A stretch of DNA of 63,649 nt, counting the filler, from Aduncisulcus paluster (taxonomy: Eukaryota): NCBI GenBank assembly GCA_024181965.1. It is 6 parts of 6 records of this genome, joined end to end, with 100 filler letters (N's around TTAATTAATTAA, not from the genome) between each part and the next. Parts side by side here need not be neighbours in the genome. Positions count along the whole stretch, not along the records: positions 49,209 to 59,663 come from BQXS01012450.1; positions 59,764 to 61,830 come from BQXS01012456.1; positions 61,931 to 63,649 come from BQXS01012460.1; 3 more parts are not named here. One strand, written 5' to 3'. Position 1 is the stretch's first letter; the number at the start of each line of letters is the position of its first letter. This document shows positions 55,708 to 63,649 of the stretch, piece after piece. A program made the position numbers and the translations under genes. A model generated the notes under the pieces. That model saw nothing but the letters and a program-made list of their open reading frames with translations. It had not been told where the DNA came from and searched no databases.

Positions 55708-58700
55708 TTACATGATTTCGCATTCTCGCTCCTTCGGCACTTTGGAGTTTCGAACAAATTTGAAATAATCTTCCCTCCATCCCCCATTATTCTTACACCA
55801 TTGCATACAGATCTTATATTCTGCTAAATGAGGAATGAGGGTTGAAACACCTGAAAGTATAGAAACCAGTCTACCCCAAAATTTGATCCCAGAACCATGC
55901 ATTTTAATTTTGATTGCATCAAACCATCCACCAAGAAGATCTTTTACATTATCATAGACTTCAACGGTATGTGATGGATCACAACATAAGTTGGAGAAAA
56001 ACCATAAAACATATTCACAATCATCTTGGACAATCTTATCCCCAACAAACTCTCTCTTAACGACTTCAAGAACAGGGTGGAAGAGAGGCCAAGCTTCAGA
56101 ACAGAGGATTTTAGCCCTTTCAGTATCAATGGACCAGGTGATGCTTGATAATATATGCATCCAATTTCCAAAATATCTACTTCCAGGATACATTGAAAAC
56201 CAATCTTTTAGATATGGTTTTATCAAATGACATAAATTTCTTGATAAAGATGGGAAATTGGAAATATTTTTAAGTAAAATCACAAAATAAATCGGAATCT
56301 TCTTAGTTAGTGTTTGTTTGGTCCCTCTTTCAAGAATCCGGTGAAGCATCGGAGAGAGTTTATCAAAGAAAGAATCAATACCATCTTTAATAACACAAAC
56401 ATAATTTAGGCAAATCGAACAAAAATCCTTATCAACAATTTCCTCCAATTCCTCCTCAATTCTGAGCATATCATCAATATAACTGACGATAAGATCATTC
56501 AAATCATGAAAAGGCAGAGAAATATATTTGGAAGAATTTTGATGTCTCACAAACAAACTCAAACATTTAAAACAACGAATAATTTCTTCAATGCGGTGTC
56601 CTCGAATTAGTTTTCTATCTCGTGATAAAACCAATGAAAAACACTCTTTATATTTATGGAAGACTTTTGATTTTGAATCAATATTGTGACATTTCTTGAT
56701 GGATGTCTCACAAATACTCAACGATTTAATGAATGGGTAGCATTTATCAAAATATAATGAATGATAATCTTTACAAATACAATTATTATTACACCATTCC
56801 ATATAATCATCACATTGTGGAGATAATTGATGAACAATAGAAGGAACAGTGGAGAGAATCGAAATAAATCTACCCAAAAGGTTTGCACCAGTTTTGTATC
56901 CTTTCATCTTTATAACTGTAAACCACCCATCAAGAAGACCTTTAACATTATCAAAGATCTCAAGAGAATGTGAAGGATCACAACACAAGTTAGAGAAGAA
57001 TCGCAAACATTCTTCATGATCATCCTCAACAATCTTTTCCCCTTCAAACTCTCTCTTAACAACATCAAGAACAGGGTGGAAAAGAGGCCAAGCTTCAGAA
57101 CAGAGGGATTTGTTGGGGGTTGAATCATCACTTGAGAGAGTGATATTTGATAGAACAATCATCCATTCTCCATAACACTCACTATCGTTGTATATCCTTA
57201 GCCAATCCTTGATATATGGTTTGATGAGGGTGAGAATAGAAGATCGAGTGGAAAAAGAAGGAGAATTAGAGATGTTTCTGAGAGTCATTAATAAATGTAG
57301 AACAACATCTCCTCCCAACTTTTTCTTACTTCCTCTCTCAAGAATACGTTGGAATGTAGGGGAAATCTTTGGAAGGAAGGAATCCAATTTATCTTCAACT
57401 TTGAAAGTATAACCAGCACAAATACAACAATACTTTTCATCAACATCGCTTTCCAACACTTCCTCGACCCTTGATAAATGATCAATGAAAGTGTCAATGA
57501 GATCATTTAGATCAGGAATGGAGAAAAATATATTATTTGTTCCAAACAATTGTAAGCATTGATAACATTGACCAATCTCTAACTTATTTGTTTTAATCTC
57601 ATTTCGAGTTTGAAATGATTCAAAGAGACGAAGAATCTCGGCTCGATGTTGATAATAAAGTGTCGACATAATGCTGATCTCTGAACTTTTATGAATATCA
57701 TCCTTTAATTTGTTCCATTTAGATAATACCTCACAATTTTTGAAATATAGTTCACAATCCGACCCCCAGGCTCCATTGGTTGAACACCAAGTCATGTCAG
57801 CATCATATTTTGGCGATATTAGGGGAACAAGCTCAGGGGTATAAGAAAAAACAGAAATAAGTTGTGCCCAATACATTCTCACATTTTTGTTTCCCCCTTG
57901 TTTTGCAATACCCAAACAAAAATCAAGAAGATAATCCTTCAAGTTATCATAGATTTCAATTGCTTGGGAAGGAATAATACTTAAATTTGAGAATACTCGG
58001 AAAGCTCGAAATTTTTCAATGTTATTTTCAACATATCGTGAATCATCTGAAATACTCTTTTTGAGAAGATTCAAAACAGAATAGAACACAAACCACATTT
58101 TAGAAGATCGATCTTTATGTGGATCAAGGTTTTTTTGGTCATTTGTAATATTCTTCACAAGACAGATCCACGATTCAAATAACATATCGGCCGAATATTT
58201 CGTCATCCAAGGTAAAAAATAAGGTTTTAAAAGTGATAGAACGGAGTCTTTTGTTTTATCATTTCTATCATATGCAATTGATCGAAGAACTTCAAGGAAT
58301 TCTTTCACAAAAGAGTTTGTAAAAATGATCTTTTTTTCCTGACCTAAATCCAATATTTTGATGAGAAGAGGTGAAATTTTCCCATAAACAAAAGCTCTCA
58401 GATATGGAGAATTTTCAATTGCAATATTCACAATGTGAAACAAAGCGTGCATCGGATAACTCACATATTGGTCACATTCTTTGGTTTCACATTTGCTCAA
58501 GAGATATTGGGCCTTATCTTCTTCAGATTCTTCAAACCCATCTACTTCCTTTTCATAGAAATCTGAGATGTCTTGCTTTTGTTCTGGGACGATGTCTCTC
58601 AACACGGATTCAACATCGAGCATTGGTGCTAAAAAAGATTCGATTAACGAATTAAAAAACTTTTCTTCTTTTCTTTCTTGGTCTCGACTGCTCTTCGTGA

Positions 58701-59640
58701 CAGATTTCTTTTCATAATTCATAAATAATACCAAACATTGAAACCACAAAATAAATAGATTTTGATTAGAGATAATCTTGGCAGATAGAGTCGGATATCC
58801 ATCATATTCATCATATATCGCTTTAAGAAGAGGAAATTTATCATCATAAAGTAACAAAATTTCAGATTGAGGTTGGAAACTAACAATATTAAGGGAACAA
58901 ATTAATATTTTTAGATTATTTACAACCCTTTGTGGATCTTCTGCTTCCAATTGCTCTTGATCTGTTTCAAATTTTCTTATTTTCATTTTCCACTGGGTTT
59001 GAATTTTCCTCTCTTCTTTAGAAACTGTTGTGCGAGAACTCTGATCCCAATTGTCAGACAATTCCATGCCAGGAAGAGGAATATGAAAACTACTTTCTGG
59101 ATCAAGACCTTCAACAATACAACCCGGATCACCATTATGCTTGGCAAGCTGAACCTTCACAATGTCATCAATGGATGGACATTTCCACCCTTCTCCAATC
59201 TTTGGAAGAAGAGGTTTGATGGATTGAACCCTCTCACAGGCTTCATGAACACTCATACGCTCATCAATGTCAACCTTTATCAATCCTTCGAATATTTCAT
59301 TCAGACAGGAATAAACAGGCTTGAACTTACCACCTTCAATAGTTTTAAGGGTTTTGAAAAGAGGAGAATTGTGAAGTTTCTGACGCAAATCACTCTTTAT
59401 CACTCCAATAAGAGTTTTGACTATTTCAGAAGTTGACTTCTTGCTCAAATTCCTGAAGATGGGCATTTGAACGAAAGGATCACAGTCCTCGAAGAGAGCA
59501 AAAAAAGTCAGACCGAGAGAGTAAGCATCACTCGCTTGACTATGAAATCCTTGGAGGGCCTCACAAGAGTTGTAGAAGATGGTTCCACAGAGATGGCGTT
59601 TCTCCTTGAGAGATGCGGATTTCTCTGCTGAGTCTTTTCC
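55708..59640 (-). CDS. Kinase (C-lobe visible) fused to three ~300-aa ARM/HEAT-like helical repeats; 5' truncated
   Basis: Frame open upstream of 59466: LCGTIFYNSCEAL...SDAYSLG; repeated LIKPY..DW...Y, LCSEAWPLFHPVL.VVKREF and FFSNLCCDPSH blocks. Confidence 0.8.
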   Translation of the reverse strand, partial: GKDSAEKSASLKEKRHLCGTIFYNSCEALQGFHSQASDAYSLGLTFFALFEDCDPFVQMPIFRNLSKKSTSEIVKTLIGVIKSDLRQKLHNSPLFKTLKTIEGGKFKPVYSCLNEIFEGLIKVDIDERMSVHEACERVQSIKPLLPKIGEGWKCPSIDDIVKVQLAKHNGDPGCIVEGLDPESSFHIPLPGMELSDNWDQSSRTTVSKEERKIQTQWKMKIRKFETDQEQLEAEDPQRVVNNLKILICSLNIVSFQPQSEILLLYDDKFPLLKAIYDEYDGYPTLSAKIISNQNLFILWFQCLVLFMNYEKKSVTKSSRDQERKEEKFFNSLIESFLAPMLDVESVLRDIVPEQKQDISDFYEKEVDGFEESEEDKAQYLLSKCETKECDQYVSYPMHALFHIVNIAIENSPYLRAFVYGKISPLLIKILDLGQEKKIIFTNSFVKEFLEVLRSIAYDRNDKTKDSVLSLLKPYFLPWMTKYSADMLFESWICLVKNITNDQKNLDPHKDRSSKMWFVFYSVLNLLKKSISDDSRYVENNIEKFRAFRVFSNLSIIPSQAIEIYDNLKDYLLDFCLGIAKQGGNKNVRMYWAQLISVFSYTPELVPLISPKYDADMTWCSTNGAWGSDCELYFKNCEVLSKWNKLKDDIHKSSEISIMSTLYYQHRAEILRLFESFQTRNEIKTNKLEIGQCYQCLQLFGTNNIFFSIPDLNDLIDTFIDHLSRVEEVLESDVDEKYCCICAGYTFKVEDKLDSFLPKISPTFQRILERGSKKKLGGDVVLHLLMTLRNISNSPSFSTRSSILTLIKPYIKDWLRIYNDSECYGEWMIVLSNITLSSDDSTPNKSLCSEAWPLFHPVLDVVKREFEGEKIVEDDHEECLRFFSNLCCDPSHSLEIFDNVKGLLDGWFTVIKMKGYKTGANLLGRFISILSTVPSIVHQLSPQCDDYMEWCNNNCICKDYHSLYFDKCYPFIKSLSICETSIKKCHNIDSKSKVFHKYKECFSLVLSRDRKLIRGHRIEEIIRCFKCLSLFVRHQNSSKYISLPFHDLNDLIVSYIDDMLRIEEELEEIVDKDFCSICLNYVCVIKDGIDSFFDKLSPMLHRILERGTKQTLTKKIPIYFVILLKNISNFPSLSRNLCHLIKPYLKDWFSMYPGSRYFGNWMHILSSITWSIDTERAKILCSEAWPLFHPVLEVVKREFVGDKIVQDDCEYVLWFFSNLCCDPSHTVEVYDNVKDLLGGWFDAIKIKMHGSGIKFWGRLVSILSGVSTLIPHLAEYKICMQWCKNNGGWREDYFKFVRNSKVPKERECEIM

Positions 59641-59881
59641 GTTGTGTAAGGAATTGGCTGTCANNNNNNNNNNNNNNNNNNNNNNNNNNNNNNNNNNNNN
59701 NNNNNNNTTAATTAATTAANNNNNNNNNNNNNNNNNNNNNNNNNNNNNNNNNNNNNNNNNNNNACTATATCCACATAAGTAGTGGGCAGAATAACATAAT
59801 AAAATGAAAGTAATTGATAGATTTATTAGTGTTTTAAATGTATAATTATTGAATTATTCATTATAGAGTGAGAAAAAATAT

Positions 59882-61099
59882 CAGGGGTGTACATCTGGCG
59901 GTCACTTGAAATTGTAAAATGCAGCCACTTGGCAGCCGAAAAATTGAAAAATGCAGCCAATTAGGCAGCCAATTGTTTTAGTCCAGTCATCAACGGGTAG
60001 ATTCACTGTATCTAGTGATATTAGACGATTTTGCACGAATTGGAGGAATAATTAGTCAAATTACTTCCATTAAAAGTAAAAAAGTAAACTTTTGGAAGAA
60101 AATATTTAATATAGCATGCTGTAGGATAATTTTAGGTTGATTCATATTTGAGCAGAATAATAAAAGAACATTGCCTGATATGGCCTTTTTGTATTATTAA
60201 TATCTTTAAAAACATTTTTTCTTGAGATGGCATTCCATTTATATTCGTAATTCCACCTCAATCAATGATCATCTTCTTATCCAAGAAAGTAGAAGAAAGG
60301 ATCCGAGAAATGTCTCATATGAAGTGTATATACAATGTAGAATATGAAATAGAGCCGTATAAACCCAAGTACATCAGTCATTATCTTTTGACCTCATTTC
60401 ATGGATTCTTATAAATGATCAAGATTCATCATTCATTCATTTGTAATCATTTTGAATTACAAATTGACGCTGTTAATGTAAGAAAAAATTGTTTTATTGT
60501 TGTAAAATGAGTATAATATCAAGTAAAAATCATTATACTGGGCCATATTAGATTAAATACTTATCGTTTCATTTTGATGCCACTAAAAATAGATTATCCA
60601 AAAATAGATTTCGGAAAAAGTAATATTAACCGTCATCTTCTATACTCTGAATCTCATTCTGAGATTCATCAGACAAAGAACTAGAGGAATCAGATGAGGT
60701 TGATTTAGGTATAAGCGGGAAAAAATCATCAATACTGCCTTGATTTTTCTGAGAATGACATAACTTATGTGAAGACTTACCAACTGCTGTAATAGAGTGC
60801 TCTTTGTCTTGGGATTCCTTCTCAACACTCACAGACTGCAATCAAAATTCTCTTCAAATTTCTCCTTATCTTCAAATTTTTCTTTACCCTTTTCATCAAA
60901 AGAATCCCAAACGTTTTGTAAAAAGTAAATTTTGTTACAATCACCCATAATTATTGCGAAACGATGCAAAAAAAAGAGATTCAAATCACGAAATTTGTGG
61001 AGTTTATTTTCAAAAAAAAACGCAAAATGCAGCCACTTGGCAGCCAATTGCAGCCAAATTTCTCGTTGGCAGCCAGCGGCTGCAAGATGTACATCCCTG
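59882..61099. mobile_element. Complete non-autonomous hAT-type DNA transposon (1218 bp)
   Basis: 18-bp TIRs CAGGG(G/A)TGTACATCT(G/T)GC, perfect 8-bp TSD AAAAATAT (59874-59881, 61100-61107), GCAGCC subterminal repeats at both ends. Confidence 0.92.
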
Positions 61100-61219
61100 A
61101 AAAATATACAACCCTGAATACACATTAATATGTAAAATAAAATGCATATTCTTCAGTATTTTTAAATATTTGATTAAATTCATAAATAATATAATCTTTT
61201 ATTTGAACTCTATCTCAGA

Positions 61220-61830
61220 TCAGCTATGAGACCTCGACGTTTCCTGAGACCCGTGCTCAACAAACATACTGGAAACGATGAGTTGGTTGGATCCTTCGAG
61301 CAGGTCTTCCTTGGAATTGACTGTTACGATGTATCTGCTGAGGAGAAGTTGAAGCTTGAAAAGAGACGTTCAAAAGGTGCTCTTTTGGAGAAGACCACCC
61401 ACAAAGACCTCACTCCACTCTCCATGCTCTCTCTTGTTGCCTGCATGACTCCTTTCTCCGATTATAATCAGTCTCCCAGGAACATTTACCAATGTGGAAT
61501 GTGTAAACAGACCATGAGTATCCACTCGCACAATGAAAGCAGACGGTGTGACAATAAGACGTATAGAGTTGTGTCTCTTCAAAAGCCTGTGGCAAGAACT
61601 GCAGCTGTCGATGACTACGGGCTCAATGACTATCCCACCGGTGTCAATCTGTGTGTCGCTGTGCTTAGTTACACTGGGTACAGCATGGAAGATGCGTGTA
61701 TCCTGAATAAGGGTGCCGTTGATCGGGGTATGTTCCACGGGTTTGTATCTGTCACAATGAATATCGTTCCCTATGAAATCGACTACAAACGTAGGTCCAA
61801 TCGTCTTGCTGCTGCTGCTGGATCAGCTAT
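61220..61830 (+). CDS. RPA2: RNA polymerase I second-largest subunit, internal fragment or exon
   Basis: RFLRPV, TPFSDYNQSPRN.YQC.M.KQTM, RCDNKTYR, VAVLSYTGYSMEDA (Pol I-type variants); starts after a TCTCAG acceptor-like site and is cut by the scaffold end. Confidence 0.85.
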
Positions 61831-62419
61831 NNNNNNNNNNNNNNNNNNNNNNNNNNNNNNNNNNNNNNNNNNNNTTAATTAATTAANNNNNNNNNNNNNN
61901 NNNNNNNNNNNNNNNNNNNNNNNNNNNNNNCAGCTGTGAATACTTTTGCACGGAAGCAACCTAAAAATTTGGTTCCTTTTGCAGCGATAAGATCTTCTAG
62001 ATTTGAGATAGCAAGACTTTTCTTCTTCTTGGAGGATTGTTGTAATGTTTCCGTCCATTTTTCTTCCATCTCCTGGAACGTTTTCAATTGTGATTCCATG
62101 ATGTTTAGCTAGTTTGTCTTCATCCATTATCTATCTTGCGCACCAATCAATAATATTTTTAATAATCATTATTCTCGGATATAAATATGATTAATATACA
62201 AAATTATTATAATAAAATCTGCTTTTATTGGTTATTTTTGTATTTTTTTGAAAGTTTTGTTTTTGCTGGCTTCTTGACCTATTATTTTCATTTTTAATGA
62301 AGTTTTAGCCATAAATATACAAAAGTTATAAAGAATTTAGAGGTTTTATTATGAATTTAATCTATATTCAAGGCGATAACATTTTAACGGTATTTTTGAC
62401 CGAAATTGGCGATATGAAC

Positions 62420-62682
62420 AATACCGGCAAAATGTTCTCGCCTGCGCGAAGGGAATTTTCAACTATTTTTTCTATTTTCTATTAAATTTGTTGAAATTAT
62501 GAAAGATTTATGGGTTTTTATTTCTGTAATGGGTGTAGCTAAAGATATCTTAGGTACCGGCAACTGCCGGTACCGGCAAAACTGACTACTGCCTTTCGAA
62601 ATTGGGCGCCAATAAACTTTATTGGTGTTTTGGCAACATTTTAATGTCATTTCGTGTAGAATTAGATTTGGAAAGAGCACTG
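62420..62682 (-). mobile_element. hAT-like element end (CAGTGCTCTTTCC terminus, TACCGGCA subterminal repeats)
   Basis: Terminus at 62682; TACCGGCA near 62422, 62555 and 62570; a short ORF start at 62099-62127 points inward. The other end is missing. Confidence 0.5.
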
Positions 62683-63068
62683 AAGTTGAGGACGCAGCAC
62701 CCCAATGGCACGAACAGTCATCTATCTTTCTTGTCCCGAAGTGGACTTTTGGAATAATAAAGTAATTATCGAAAAATTACAAATTTACACCATGGAAATT
62801 CAAATTTTCTATATAACTATGTAAGTGAAATTTGACATCATCCAAAAAAAAGGAAAATAAGGTTAAATTATGTTATAGTGTGAATACTACAATATAGAGA
62901 GGATAATAATTGATCATTAGATGCTTTTATCCCAAGGATAACATTTTTACATTGATTATTTGACTAGAACCAGTGGAAAGTTTTTGGTGAAAATTTTCAG
63001 GCGATTTTGGGTACTCATTTTAGAATTTTGAATGAATCGATTTTTTAAATGTTTTTGACACCATTTAT

Positions 63069-63649
63069 ATGCTGGAGACAAATATTATCCCCATATTTGT
63101 GTCAGTAACCTGCTCTCGAGATTATCCCCTTCTTATTGGATCTTTTTGCGATTGGAACATCAATCAAGCCCTCCATCCGATTGCCGGTCTTTCACAAAAA
63201 AACACATTCTTCTATGTCCTCGAGTGTGATGTTAAAGAATGTTTAGAGTTAGCTTCATATGTCTCTGGTGCTGCTTGTCCGTGTACATCCACCATCTCTC
63301 TCCCTTACTTAAACGATGGTGAAAGGAGAACTCTCAACTCTTCCATTGTCATTGGTCTTCCACGTGACGAAGACGATAGCAGTTCCTCCGAATCAGACTC
63401 CAGTTCCTCTGGGTCAGAATCTAGTTCTTCAGAATCATCATCCTCTTCCAGTGATGCTTCTGAGACCCTATTCCCCGCAGTATTTTTTAACATTTCCCCT
63501 GTGCTTCTGACCAAGCCCACATTCAATGTCATCAAAGCTGTATATCTTGGCCCATCTTCCTCATCCTCCGATATTGCTCACTTGCAGAAGAAGTGGGTCT
63601 GGCAGTATTACAAAACCCACCATTTCCATCAATCGAGTGTGTCTTTTAA
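63069..63649 (+). CDS. Hypothetical protein, partial (possible N-terminal carbohydrate-binding-like motif, Ser-rich linker)
   Basis: Manual translation open to the window end: MLETNIIPIFV...LIGSFCDWN...SSSSESDSSSSGSE. Confidence 0.55.
   Translation, partial: MLETNIIPIFVSVTCSRDYPLLIGSFCDWNINQALHPIAGLSQKNTFFYVLECDVKECLELASYVSGAACPCTSTISLPYLNDGERRTLNSSIVIGLPRDEDDSSSSESDSSSSGSESSSSESSSSSSDASETLFPAVFFNISPVLLTKPTFNVIKAVYLGPSSSSSDIAHLQKKWVWQYYKTHHFHQSSVSF

Overview
This is AT-rich DNA from a microbial eukaryote using the standard genetic code, with few and short GT-AG introns. The lineage-specific kinase and repeat families suggest a flagellate such as a fornicate of the Aduncisulcus/Carpediemonas type; that assignment is inference only. 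The window is not contiguous: six scaffolds are joined by artificial 100-nt N/TTAATTAATTAA linkers (24537, 43859, 49109, 59664, 61831), and five internal 20-N gaps are flanked by assembler-duplicated sequence. Host genes include a CK1/TTBK-type kinase (partial), GAPDH, a spliced endosulfine missed by the ORF track, a USP deubiquitinase, SAM and LEKR1-like proteins, a catalytically degenerate ADP-ribosylhydrolase, CCP6/AGBL4, a CC2D2A C-terminal fragment, a bacterial-type CoA-binding protein, an RPA2 fragment, and a modular kinase family fused to jelly-roll-like or ARM-like repeats. The 35-50 kb region is a transposon nest (Plavaka/CACTA-like, hAT, Ty3/Gypsy). The most unusual system is the Ty3/Gypsy group, one member of which has a chromodomain integrase. 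(i) Its LTRs are only 70-109 bp; the boundaries are supported by a solo LTR with a 5-bp TSD and by adjacent PPTs. (ii) It has no TGG-type tRNA primer-binding site; instead an invariant palindrome AGTATTAATACT spans the end of all three 5' LTRs. (iii) Both elements with a recognisable PPT carry an antisense tRNA-like Pol III module (A box, hairpin, B box) between two copies of the polypurine tract in the 3' UTR.
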